64,000 nt of DNA from Burkholderiales bacterium (GTDB lineage Bacteria > Pseudomonadota > Gammaproteobacteria > Burkholderiales > SG8-39), in contig DASRIR010000382.1 in the NCBI GenBank assembly GCA_035649875.1, positions 7,062-71,061 on the forward strand, in the 5' to 3' direction. Positions 8,833-17,507 of this stretch are shown piece after piece. Numbering within the stretch: position 1 is the stretch's first letter; every line of letters begins with the position of its first letter. The notes beneath the pieces were generated by a model. It saw only the letters and a list, made by a program, of their open reading frames with translations, was not told the DNA's origin and did not search any database. The position numbers were made by a program, and so were the translations under genes.

Positions 8833-10478
8833 GAGTCCCGAAGTGTCACGGTTCGGTTGAAAGTCTTCTGGTCGTAGTCGGCGATGAAGTAGCCATGCCG
8901 CTCGAACTGATAGGGGTATGCGGAATGCATGCCGCGCAGCGACGGCTCGAGCTGCGCTTCCACGGTGCGGCGTGAATCCGGGTTGATGTCCGCGAGGAAA
9001 TCGCGGTCCTTTCCGGGTTCCGCAACGTTGAAGAGACGGTCGTAGAGGTGCACTTGCGTCGCGTGGGCGTGCCTTGCGCTCACCCAGTGGATGTTCCCCT
9101 TCACCTTGTATTTCTCGGCCCCCGGGGTGCCCGAGCGCGAGTCGGAGTAATGCGTGCAGTGCACGACGCCGTCCTTCATGCCGATGCATTTCACCACGTA
9201 GCCGTAGCGCAGGCGGACCTCATTCCCCGGAAACAGCCGGAAGAAGCCTTTCTGGGGTGTCTGCTCGAAGTCCTCGCTTTCAATCCAGAGCTCACGCGAG
9301 AAAGGAACCTTGCGCTTGCCGAGCTCGGGCTTCTGCGGATGGTTCGGCACTTCCATCAACTCTTCCTTGCCTTCGGGATAGTCGTCGATCACAAGCTTCA
9401 CCGGGTCGAGCACCGCCATGCGCCGCAGCGCGACCTGGTTCAGGTGCTCGCGCATGCATTCCTCGAGGATCCCGAAGTCGATCACCTGGTGCGCCTTGGA
9501 CACGCCGATGCGCTCGGCGAAGACGCGGAAGCCTTCGGGCGTATAGCCGCGGCGGCGCGCGCCGGCGAGCGTGGGCATGCGCGGGTCGTCCCAGCCGTCA
9601 ACGATCTTCTGCTCCACTAGCTGGATCAGGCGGCGTTTGGAAAGAACAACGTAGGTCAGGTTGAGCCGCGCGAATTCGATCTGCTTGGACAAGGGCGGCT
9701 GCAGCAGCCCGGCCTCCGCGACCCGCTGGTTGAACCAGTCGTAGAGCGGCCGGTGGTCTTCGAACTCTAGTGTGCAGAGGGAATGCGAGATGCGCTCGAT
9801 GCAGTCGGAGAGCCCGTGCGCCCAGTCGTAGGTGGGGTAGATGCGCCACTTGTCGCCCGTGCGATGGTGATGCACGTGGCGAATGCGATACATCACCGGG
9901 TCGCGCAGGTTGAGATTGGGCGAGCGCATGTCGATCTTCGCCCGCAGCACATGCTCGCCGTCCTTGTGCTTGCCTTCGCGCATCGCGCGGAACAGCGCGA
10001 GGCTCTCCTCCGCGCTCCGGTTGCGCCACGGAGAGTCCTTGCCCGGCCGGGTGAAGTCGCCGCGCGCGGTGCTCATCTCTTCCGCGCTCTGGCTGTCGAC
10101 ATACGCGTGGCCGTTGCGGATCAGCGCCTCGGCGAACTCGTACAGCTGCTCAAAGTAGTCCGAGGCGTAAAGATCCTGCTCTCCCCAATCGAAGCCCAGC
10201 CACTTCACGCCTTCCTTGATGGAATCGACGTACTCCTGCTCTTCCTTCTCGGGGTTGGTGTCGTCGAAGCGCAGGTTGCAACGCCCGCGGTATTCCTGCG
10301 CGAGGCCGAAGTTCAGGCAGATCGACTTGACGTGGCCGAAGTGCAGGTAACCGTTCGGCTCCGGAGGGAACCGGGTGTGCACGTTGGGGTATTTCCCCGC
10401 CGCGAGGTCGGCCTCGACGGCCTGGCGGATGAAATTGCTGGGGGAGGCTGGCTGCGGAGCCCGCGCGGGTTTACTCAT
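8817..10478 (-). CDS. glnS: glutamine--tRNA ligase
   Basis: 553 aa. RFPPEPNGYLHFGH (HIGH), VLSKRRL (KMSKS equivalent) and LRFDDTNPEKEEQEYVDSI. Matches GlnRS over the full length. Confidence 0.95.
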   Translation of the reverse strand: MSKPARAPQPASPSNFIRQAVEADLAAGKYPNVHTRFPPEPNGYLHFGHVKSICLNFGLAQEYRGRCNLRFDDTNPEKEEQEYVDSIKEGVKWLGFDWGEQDLYASDYFEQLYEFAEALIRNGHAYVDSQSAEEMSTARGDFTRPGKDSPWRNRSAEESLALFRAMREGKHKDGEHVLRAKIDMRSPNLNLRDPVMYRIRHVHHHRTGDKWRIYPTYDWAHGLSDCIERISHSLCTLEFEDHRPLYDWFNQRVAEAGLLQPPLSKQIEFARLNLTYVVLSKRRLIQLVEQKIVDGWDDPRMPTLAGARRRGYTPEGFRVFAERIGVSKAHQVIDFGILEECMREHLNQVALRRMAVLDPVKLVIDDYPEGKEELMEVPNHPQKPELGKRKVPFSRELWIESEDFEQTPQKGFFRLFPGNEVRLRYGYVVKCIGMKDGVVHCTHYSDSRSGTPGAEKYKVKGNIHWVSARHAHATQVHLYDRLFNVAEPGKDRDFLADINPDSRRTVEAQLEPSLRGMHSAYPYQFERHGYFIADYDQKTFNRTVTLRDSWAKT

Positions 10479-10619
10479 GGGACGGCCAATTTTACTTGCC
10501 TTAGGGGTCCCCTAAGCCGCGGTGTGACATTTACCGCGCTGACGCAGCAGGGTTTTTGGACTATTCTTTAGTTACTCACCTCGGCGGCTCGTCGAGGGAA
10601 TAAAAGACGGGAGGTCCAA

Positions 10620-11156
10620 ATGAAGAAGGTTTCGTTCGCAGTGATCGCAATGCTGGCCGGCCTCTATGGCTGCGCCACCACCGAGCCGGCCGACAGCACC
10701 ACCCCCGGCGCGACGTCCTCGCCGAGCGGCACGCAATCCGGCGGCGTGGCGCCCGGAACCGCAAGGCCGCCGGTCGGCGTCGGCAGCAGGGGCGGTAGCT
10801 TCACCACCGACAAAGGAGGGCGGCCGGACCTCAAGCACAGCGTGTACTACGAGTTCGACCAGTACGACGTCAAGGCCGAGTACCGTGCGCTGGTCGAAAC
10901 CCACGCGCGCTGGCTGAGGGCGAACCCGCAGGGGCGTCTGACCATCGAAGGCAACGCCGACGAGCAGGGCAGCCGTGAATACAACCTGGCGCTCGGCCAG
11001 CGCCGCGCTGAGTCGGTCACCAAGATGATGGTGCTGATGGGCGCGAAGCCCGAGCAGATCGAGGCGGTGAGCTACGGCGAAGAACGGCCGCGCGCCACCG
11101 GCCACGACGAGAAAGCCTGGTCGGAGAACCGCCGCAGCGACTTCGCGCAGCGCTAG
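10620..11156 (+). CDS. peptidoglycan-associated lipoprotein (Pal/OmpA-C family)
   Basis: Lipobox LAGLYGC, a Ser/Thr/Gly/Pro-rich linker, then YYEFDQYDV...LTIEGNADEQGSREYNLALGQRRAESV...NRRSDF (OmpA-like peptidoglycan-binding motif). It is not next to tol genes, so I leave the pal symbol blank. Confidence 0.85.
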   Translation: MKKVSFAVIAMLAGLYGCATTEPADSTTPGATSSPSGTQSGGVAPGTARPPVGVGSRGGSFTTDKGGRPDLKHSVYYEFDQYDVKAEYRALVETHARWLRANPQGRLTIEGNADEQGSREYNLALGQRRAESVTKMMVLMGAKPEQIEAVSYGEERPRATGHDEKAWSENRRSDFAQR

Positions 11157-11176
11157 CCGCTTGTTGTTGGGAAAGT

Positions 11177-11216
11177 GAAGGGGTCGGGCCAGCGGTCCGG
11201 CCCCTTCGCGTTTTCA
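11177..11216 (+). terminator. rho-independent terminator after the Pal-like gene
   Basis: GAAGGGGTCGGGC-CAGCG-GTCCGGCCCCTTC forms a 13-bp stem (two G-U pairs) and is followed by GCGTTTTC. Confidence 0.7.
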
Positions 11217-11234
11217 GAATAACAGCGAAAAACC

Positions 11235-12188
11235 TCAGTTCGCGAGCCCCAGCAGTCGCGCCGGATTCTTGCGCATCATGATGTCGATGTCGGCGTCGGT
11301 GACGCCCTCGCGCTTCATCTCGGCGATCGCGACCTCGAGGCCGTCGGGATGGGTCATGTTGGCGCTCTGGCCGAGGTCGGAGGAGATCACCAGGCCCTGG
11401 GCGCCGAGGGTCTTGACCGCCTGCGCCACGTTCTTCGCGTTGACCTGCGTCCAATGCGTGAGGAAGGCGAGCGGCGCGTTCGGCCCCGCGCGGAACTGGA
11501 GGAAGCAGATCTCGATCACCGCCCCCATGTCCACGACTTGCTTCGCCTGGGCCATGGTGAGGCCGGGCACGTTGGTGAAGCCATGGGTGATGAGCACGTT
11601 CTTGACGCCGAGCTCGCGCCCGCGGCGCACCACCGCGATGATCTCCTCGGGGTGTACATGGCCGGTGGCGAGCAGCAGGTTCTCGCGCGCGATGATCTTG
11701 AGGATGGCTTCCATCTCGGGCGTGACCTGGCCGCCGGGGGCGACCACCAGGCCGCGCGCGTCCGGCTTGGAGAGCGTCTTGACGTGCTTGTCGGACTCGA
11801 AGGTCGGCAGCCACACCACCTTGCCCCGGCTGCCGTAGACCCGATGCATCCACTCGACCGCGTCCGGGTTGATGCCGCCCACCGCCTTGTTGAGCACGAT
11901 CCCGCCCCAGACCTCGATGCCGGGCACCACCTTCATGACCAGGGCGGCGCGGCTCGCGGTCTCGCTGACATGGTTCTTCAGCAGGATGCCGCGCATGCCC
12001 TTCGACTTGGCGAGCTGCGCGATGTCGATGTCGTCCATGTTGCGGCCGAAAACGTCCGGGTGCGAGTGGACGTGCATGTCGATCACCCCGGCGGCCGGGC
12101 TGACCTTGGGCGGCGGGGGAGGAAAGCCCGCCTGGGCGAAGACATCGGCAGCAGCGAGCGCGCAGACCACAAGCAAAGCGGTTTTCAT
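11235..12188 (-). CDS. secreted amidohydrolase-fold (metal-dependent hydrolase) family protein
   Basis: Trimmed to the ATG at 12188 (MKTALLVVCALAAADVFAQ signal peptide), preceded by GGAGGAGG. IDMHVHSHPD is a metal-binding HxH motif typical of the amidohydrolase/TIM-barrel fold. The family assignment is approximate. Confidence 0.6.
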   Translation of the reverse strand: MKTALLVVCALAAADVFAQAGFPPPPPKVSPAAGVIDMHVHSHPDVFGRNMDDIDIAQLAKSKGMRGILLKNHVSETASRAALVMKVVPGIEVWGGIVLNKAVGGINPDAVEWMHRVYGSRGKVVWLPTFESDKHVKTLSKPDARGLVVAPGGQVTPEMEAILKIIARENLLLATGHVHPEEIIAVVRRGRELGVKNVLITHGFTNVPGLTMAQAKQVVDMGAVIEICFLQFRAGPNAPLAFLTHWTQVNAKNVAQAVKTLGAQGLVISSDLGQSANMTHPDGLEVAIAEMKREGVTDADIDIMMRKNPARLLGLAN

Positions 12189-12359
12189 TCTGGGCCTCCT
12201 CCCCGGGATTGGCGGGAAAAATGATACCTCAGCCGCCTCGGTCGGCGGACTAGGCGCGCATGAAGCCACGAAATACGTTCAGCGACAGTACAGGTCGACC
12301 CATGGCATAGCGTGCCGCACCATGTTCGGACGTAACGTGCGCCGCCTAGCGTTACGGTC

Positions 12360-12872
12360 ATGGGAACCCGTCTGCTGCCTCGCGACCTGAGCGAGCTCTA
12401 CGCCCACGCGCTGGTCCTGGAGCGCGAGGCGACCAAGCGTTTCGCCGAGCTCGAGCGCTACATGCGCGCGGCCGGCATGGAACACGTCGCCGACGAGTTC
12501 CAAAGCATCGGCCGTGAGGAGCGCGAGCAGTACGAGGCGCTCGCGATCGGCACCGCCGGGCGCGAGCTGCCGCAGCTCTCGTCGTGGGAATACGCTGCGC
12601 ACTTTCTCGGCCCGCAGGCCGACGTGGTGCGCGCGCCGAAGAACGCGCGCGAGGCGCTCATGCTGGCGCTCGCGACCGAGCGGCGCACGCAGAATTTCTA
12701 CGTCGACGTCGCCGAGCACACGGACGACGACACCATGTGCGCGTTCGCGGCCGAGATGGCCGCCGACGAGAGCCGGCACATCGCGCGTCTCGAGCGCCTG
12801 CTCGCGCGCGAGCCCGATGCGGGCGCCGCGCTCGCCGCCGAAGGCGACGGCGTCCTGCCGCTTAAGACTTAA
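12360..12872 (+). CDS. ferritin-like / rubrerythrin-family protein
   Basis: 170 aa. Paired helices carry E..E..H-type ligand patterns (LEREATKRFAEL..., REEREQYEAL, ATERRTQNFY, EMAADESRHIARLERLL), typical of di-iron ferritin-like proteins. Confidence 0.65.
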   Translation: MGTRLLPRDLSELYAHALVLEREATKRFAELERYMRAAGMEHVADEFQSIGREEREQYEALAIGTAGRELPQLSSWEYAAHFLGPQADVVRAPKNAREALMLALATERRTQNFYVDVAEHTDDDTMCAFAAEMAADESRHIARLERLLAREPDAGAALAAEGDGVLPLKT

Positions 12873-13434
12873 ACAGCCATTCGCCTTTCGCGCCGCGGCA
12901 GGCGACGCCGCTGACCCGGTCTTTCTTGCCGCCCTTGCCGCTGCTCAGCTCGGTGGTGAACTCGCGGCAGTGGTCCTTGCCGTCCACGAAATTGCGCGTC
13001 GGCGTAACGCGGTAGGTAATCCCGGTCGCGCTGTTCGTCCACTCCACGCTGTCCTTCCGTCCGGCAAGCTCGAGCGAGTGCCCCATGCAGGCGCGGTCGC
13101 TTTCGTCGATGGTCTTGCCGATCTTGGCCCCGACCACGGTCCCGATTGCGCTGCCGAGGACGATCGCGACCGCGCGATCCTCCTTGTCCGCACGCGAACC
13201 GATCGCGCCGCCGACGACGCCGCCGACCACCGCCCCGACCGCCGCGGTATTGCATTTGCCCTGGGTGACGCCGTAATCCTCTTCCCAGCGCTTCCCGGTA
13301 TAGCCCACGTAGTTCGGATCGTTCTTCTTGCGCCAGCCGTGCGCCTTGGCGTGCGGCGGTGGCTCGGCGGGCGACGGAACCGGAATGAGCGCGATGCAAA
13401 CAAGTGCGACTAGCGTGAGTTGCGTGGATTTCAT
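12862..13434 (-). CDS. glycine-zipper surface antigen-like outer-membrane lipoprotein (17 kDa antigen / COG4520 type)
   Basis: Trimmed to the ATG at 13434 (MKSTQLTLVALVCIALI...), preceded by GGGGGGAAAG. Glycine zipper AAVGAVVGGVVGGAIGS...GSAIGTVVGAKIG, then a Cys-containing C-terminal domain (CMGHSLE...DHCREF...VACR). Confidence 0.7.
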   Translation of the reverse strand: MKSTQLTLVALVCIALIPVPSPAEPPPHAKAHGWRKKNDPNYVGYTGKRWEEDYGVTQGKCNTAAVGAVVGGVVGGAIGSRADKEDRAVAIVLGSAIGTVVGAKIGKTIDESDRACMGHSLELAGRKDSVEWTNSATGITYRVTPTRNFVDGKDHCREFTTELSSGKGGKKDRVSGVACRGAKGEWLFKS

Positions 13435-13527
13435 CTTTCCCCCCTTTTTTCGTTGTGCGAGGTAGGGCAACTCTAATGGAATCCCGCGCCCGCGCCGCGT
13501 CGGCGGCGTGACATCGGTCACATCGGC

Positions 13528-13944
13528 TTAAAAACTCTGCCCGCCTGTGGCGGCCGAGGCAATCAGGCGCTCGGTCTGCGCCACGATCTCCCGCGCGGTG
13601 GCGTTGTCGTACAGGAAGCCGCCGTTCTTCGCCGCGATGCGCAAGCGCGTGGCGCGCGCGCTGATCGGCTCGATCTCGATTTCGATCTCGCGATTCTCGG
13701 CGCGCGCGTAGATCAGCTCGCCGTGCTCGAAGCGATCGAACGACTGGAAGGCGATGCCCATGTGCTCGAGCGCCGCGAGCGAAGCGTGCTTCACGTCGAC
13801 CGCCGACGCGGTGAAGGTGCGCGAGGTGCCGCCGTCGAGGCTATAGCGCAGCGCGGTGCCCGCGCCTGCGCCGATGAGCGAGAGCGCGAGCGGCTCGCAG
13901 CCGGCAGTGCCGAAGAGGAGGATCAATGAAAGCAGCCGCGCCAC
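13528..13944 (-). CDS. lipoprotein, DUF3568-like
   Basis: GTG start. Lipobox LLFGTAGC. 138 aa and high GC3. The family name is recalled from memory and needs an HMM check. Confidence 0.55.
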   Translation of the reverse strand: MARLLSLILLFGTAGCEPLALSLIGAGAGTALRYSLDGGTSRTFTASAVDVKHASLAALEHMGIAFQSFDRFEHGELIYARAENREIEIEIEPISARATRLRIAAKNGGFLYDNATAREIVAQTERLIASAATGGQSF

Positions 13945-13989
13945 GTTCGCACGGTGACCCCCTGTAAAAGAAGCCGCTATCCCCGTCAG

Positions 13990-14955
13990 CTAGTCCCAGA
14001 GGTCCACGCGCTCGCCGCGCGCCCGCAGGTCGCTTGCTTTCGCCTGCAGGAAGCGTTGGAACGAAGGCTCGCGCATGTAGGCGCGGCTCGACACGTAGTC
14101 GAGCGCGCCCGATATGTGGAACGGCCTTAGGTAGGCTTCCGTACGAAAAACCTCCCGGCCGCTCGCGTCGAACAGCAGCAATGTCGGGACGTACCCGACG
14201 CGCAGGGCGCGGGCCCACGCTTCCGCCGAAGTTTTCTTGCCGTCCGGAGCCGTGACGGGCTCAGCCGCCGCGATCGCGAGCCGGACCACGTCGAACTTCC
14301 CGAGCTCGGCCAGGACCTCCGGCCGCTGGAAGGCGACGGCATGCATTTCGTCGCATTGCGCGCAGAAAGGCGTCTCGAACAGCACCGCGAGCGGCTTGCC
14401 TCCAGGCTTGCGGCGCAGGTCGTAGGGCGGCGCGAGGAAGAACGGCTGCGGGTGCAGGCTCGCGCTCGCCGGCTCCCGGTTCAGCCGCTCGCGGTACTCC
14501 TTCTGCGAGATCTTGCCGGCGACATAGTCGAGCGCGGCCTCGAAGTGATGCGGCGGGTAGTAGCCGTTCAGGCGCAGCGCGATGCCGCCGCGCTCGTCGA
14601 GGAAGAGCAGCGTCGGCGTGAACTGCACCTTGAGCTGCGCAGCGAGCCGCTTCTCGCTGGTCACGGTGCCGTCGGTCCACGTCACCTCGCGGTCGCCCCA
14701 GATGTTGAGCGCGAGCGCGACGAGCTGGCGCTGCGCTTTCTGCACGATCGTGGCCTGGCGGAAGTTCACTTCCATGAGACGCTTGCAGTACGGGCAGCCG
14801 TCCTGGCCGAAGTAGAGCATCACGCGCTTGCCCTGGCTCGCGGCCTCTGCCACGTCCTCGCGTAGGTCGAGCAGCGACTCGGTGAACCACGCCGGCGGCT
14901 CCTGGGCGAGCGCTGCATTGGCGAAGAAAGCGAGCGCGACGAGGACGTTGCGCAT
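13990..14955 (-). CDS. periplasmic protein with two thioredoxin-fold domains
   Basis: Signal peptide MRNVLVALAFFANAALAQ. Two redox motifs, GQDGCPYCKRL and ETPFCAQCDEM, each followed by a cis-Pro-type segment (FTPTLLFLD and YVPTLLLFD). Confidence 0.8.
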   Translation of the reverse strand: MRNVLVALAFFANAALAQEPPAWFTESLLDLREDVAEAASQGKRVMLYFGQDGCPYCKRLMEVNFRQATIVQKAQRQLVALALNIWGDREVTWTDGTVTSEKRLAAQLKVQFTPTLLFLDERGGIALRLNGYYPPHHFEAALDYVAGKISQKEYRERLNREPASASLHPQPFFLAPPYDLRRKPGGKPLAVLFETPFCAQCDEMHAVAFQRPEVLAELGKFDVVRLAIAAAEPVTAPDGKKTSAEAWARALRVGYVPTLLLFDASGREVFRTEAYLRPFHISGALDYVSSRAYMREPSFQRFLQAKASDLRARGERVDLWD

Positions 14956-14975
14956 CCCAGCAGTATAGTCAGCCG

Positions 14976-17441
14976 GTGAGGCTGCTGCTCCTCTTCGCCG
15001 CGCACCGCGGCCGCGCGCGCATGGCGCTCTCGATCCTCGGCATCGCGCTCGGCGTGGCGCTCGGCTACGGCGTGCACCTCGTGAATCGCGCCGCGGTTAG
15101 CGACGTCGCCGCGGCGGTGCGCACGCTCGCCGGCGAGGCCGATCTGGAAGTGCGCGGCGCCCGCGCCGGCTTCCCGGAGGCGCTCTACCCGAAGATTGCC
15201 CGGCTGCCCGGCGTCGCGGTGGCGAGCCCGGCGCTCGAGCTCGACGTGGGCGTGGCCGGTACCGAGCGCACGCTGCGCGTGGCTGGCATCGACATCCTGC
15301 GCGCCTCGCTCCTGCAGCCGGGCCTGATCCTGGACGAGCGCTACGAGCTGCTCGCGCCCGATCGGGTCTTTCTCTCCACCGCGGCTGCGGAGAGCCTGGG
15401 TCTTGCGCAGGGCGGCGAGCTCCGCCTGGTTTCGGGGTCGGGCACGGTCGCCTTCAAGGTCGCCGGCATCCTCTCGTCCCTGCGCGGCGTGAGCGCGATC
15501 ACCGACATTGCCACCGCGCAGTGGCGCTTCGCCCGCCTCGGGGAGCTGAACCGCATCGACATCCGGCTGGCGCCGGGCGCGGACCGGCAGAAAGCGGCCG
15601 CGGCCATCCAGGCGCTGCTGCCGCCCGGCGTGCATGTGGCGGCGCTGGATGAGCTGGAGACGGCGAGCGCCTATCCGTCGCGCTCGTACAGGGTCAACCT
15701 CAACGTGCTCGCCATGGTCGCGCTCTTCACCGGCGGCTTCCTGGTGTTCTCGGCCCAGGCGCTCGAGGTCGCGCGCCGCCGCGGCGAGCATGCGCTGCTT
15801 CGGGTTCTGGGACTTGAGCGAAGCGGGATTTTCCTGTTGGTGTTGCTTGAATCCGCAGTCCTTGGCGCGATCGGCGCGGCGGCAGGGCTGGCAATGGGCT
15901 TCGCGCTGGCGTCGGTGGCGGTGCGCTGGTCGGGCGCCGACCTCGGCGCGGGCATGTTTCGCGGCCTCGCGCCGCACATCGAAATCAGCGTTCCCGGCGC
16001 GGCCGCGTATTTCGCCGCCGGAATCGCGGTCGCGGTGCTCGGCGCGGTCCTGCCTGCGCTCGACGCCGCCCGCACGCCGCCGGCGCGGGCGCTCAAGGCG
16101 GGGGACGAGCAGGCGCTCTTCGAGCGCATGGCGCCGCTTTGGCCGGGCGGCCTGTTGCTCGCGCTCGGCGCGGCGCTCGCGCAGCTCGGCCCGGTCAACG
16201 GCATGCCGCTCTTCGGCTATGCGGCGATCGCCTGCCTTCTGGTCGGATCGATTGCGCTCGTCCCGCGGCTTGCGCAATGGCTGTTTCATGCAATGCCGCT
16301 ACCGCTCCAGCCCGAGATGCGGCTGGCCCTCGGCCAGCTGCGGGCCGCACCCGGCCAGGCGGCGGTCAGCCTCGCCGCGATCGTCGCTAGCTTCTCGCTC
16401 ATGGCGGCGATGGCGATCATGGTCGCGTCCTTCCGGCAATCGGTGGACGACTGGCTCGGCACGGTGCTGCCGGCGGACGTGTACTTCCGCACCACCCACG
16501 CCGGCGACACCGGGGTGCTCGATCCGGCATTCGAAGAACGCGTGCGCGCGCTGCCGCAGGTGGCGCGCGCCGACTTCCTGCGCAGCGGCCGCATGCTGCT
16601 CGATCCGGCGCGCCCGCCGCTCGTGCTGATCGCGCGGGATCGCGCCGGGAGCGCGTTTCCCATGCTCGGGGAGCGCTACGAGCGCCGCCCGGGCGATCCG
16701 CCCACCGTGTGGGTCAGCGAGGCTGTGTCGGACCTGTACGGCTTTTCTCCCGGGGCCCGGCTCGAGCTGCCCATCCTTGGAAAGAGCCAAGGCGTGATCG
16801 TCGCCGGCATCTTCCGCGACTACGCACGGCAGCACGGCGCCGTGCTGATCGACCGCGCCGACTACATCGCGCTGACCGGCGACCGCGCGGTGAACGACGG
16901 CGGGCTCTGGCTTGCGCCGGGCGCCGCGCCGGGCGCGGTGATGGAGGCGCTGAAAGCGTTGCCGGGCGGCGCGCAGCTCGACGTGGCCGAGCCGGGCGAG
17001 ATCCGCGAGGTCTCGCTGCGCATCTTCGACCGCAGCTTCGCGGTGACCTACGCGATGGAAGCGGTCGCGGTGCTGGTCGGTCTTTTCGGCCTCTCGGCGA
17101 GCCTCGGCGCGATTGTGCTCGCACGCCGGCGCGAGTTTGGCGTGCTGCGCCACCTCGGCCTCACGCGCCGCCAGATTCGCGCCATGCTGGCCGCGGAAGG
17201 CGGCTTGCTCGCTCTGGTCGGCTCGGTTGCCGGGCTTGCCGCCGGCGCGGCCATCAGCCTGGTGCTGGTATACGTGATCAACCGACAGTCATTCCACTGG
17301 AGCATGGAGCTTCACCCGCCGTATCTGCTCCTCGCCGGATTCATGGCCGTGCTGGTTCTTCTCGCCGTGCTTACGGCTGTCGTTGCCGGCCGCGAGGCCA
17401 TGGGCTTGGCTCCGGTCCGCGCCGTCCGTGAGGATTGGTAA
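14976..17441 (+). CDS. FtsX-family ABC transporter permease, YbbP/AttFG-like double-FtsX architecture
   Basis: 821 aa with GTG start. Two repeats, each with an N-terminal TM, a large periplasmic loop and three C-terminal TMs (for example VLRVLGLERSGIFLLVLLESAVLG and VLRHLGLTRRQIRAMLAAEGGLLALVG). No cognate ATPase gene on either side. Confidence 0.85.
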   Translation: MRLLLLFAAHRGRARMALSILGIALGVALGYGVHLVNRAAVSDVAAAVRTLAGEADLEVRGARAGFPEALYPKIARLPGVAVASPALELDVGVAGTERTLRVAGIDILRASLLQPGLILDERYELLAPDRVFLSTAAAESLGLAQGGELRLVSGSGTVAFKVAGILSSLRGVSAITDIATAQWRFARLGELNRIDIRLAPGADRQKAAAAIQALLPPGVHVAALDELETASAYPSRSYRVNLNVLAMVALFTGGFLVFSAQALEVARRRGEHALLRVLGLERSGIFLLVLLESAVLGAIGAAAGLAMGFALASVAVRWSGADLGAGMFRGLAPHIEISVPGAAAYFAAGIAVAVLGAVLPALDAARTPPARALKAGDEQALFERMAPLWPGGLLLALGAALAQLGPVNGMPLFGYAAIACLLVGSIALVPRLAQWLFHAMPLPLQPEMRLALGQLRAAPGQAAVSLAAIVASFSLMAAMAIMVASFRQSVDDWLGTVLPADVYFRTTHAGDTGVLDPAFEERVRALPQVARADFLRSGRMLLDPARPPLVLIARDRAGSAFPMLGERYERRPGDPPTVWVSEAVSDLYGFSPGARLELPILGKSQGVIVAGIFRDYARQHGAVLIDRADYIALTGDRAVNDGGLWLAPGAAPGAVMEALKALPGGAQLDVAEPGEIREVSLRIFDRSFAVTYAMEAVAVLVGLFGLSASLGAIVLARRREFGVLRHLGLTRRQIRAMLAAEGGLLALVGSVAGLAAGAAISLVLVYVINRQSFHWSMELHPPYLLLAGFMAVLVLLAVLTAVVAGREAMGLAPVRAVREDW

Positions 17442-17507
17442 TTCGGGGACGGAGCCCTAACTCCGAAAGCTGCGCAGCCGTGGAGTTAGGGCTCCGTCCC
17501 CGAATTA
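17439..17507. repeat. 69-bp perfect palindromic element (26-bp arms, 17-nt spacer) filling the whole convergent intergenic region
   Basis: TAATTCGGGGACGGAGCCCTAACTCC (17439-17464) is the exact reverse complement of GGAGTTAGGGCTCCGTCCCCGAATTA (17482-17507). The spacer contains the mini-palindrome GCTGCGCAGC. The outermost TAA/TTA triplets are the stop codons of the permease and phzF. There is no flanking T-tract. Confidence 0.95.

Noticed and set aside
8833-9189. N-terminal extensions of track ORFs (8368..9189, 11235..12269, 12862..13521, 17568..19355, 20133..21026, 24512..25819, 26768..27205, 30176..31135, 31080..31886, 38241..39551, 41748..43883, 43526..44806, 57337..58032)
   Set aside because: In each case the extension overlaps a neighbouring well-supported gene out of frame and is Arg/Pro-rich nonsense. 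An internal start with a signal peptide, a family-typical N-terminus, an SD sequence or a start/stop overlap gives the credible protein. I trimmed the coordinates accordingly.
10620-11156. Pal-like lipoprotein outside a tol-pal operon, considered as an anomaly
   Set aside because: OmpA-C domain lipoproteins with Pal-like motifs commonly occur as extra stand-alone copies. Without the rest of the genome I cannot tell whether this is the true Pal. I recorded it as a feature only.
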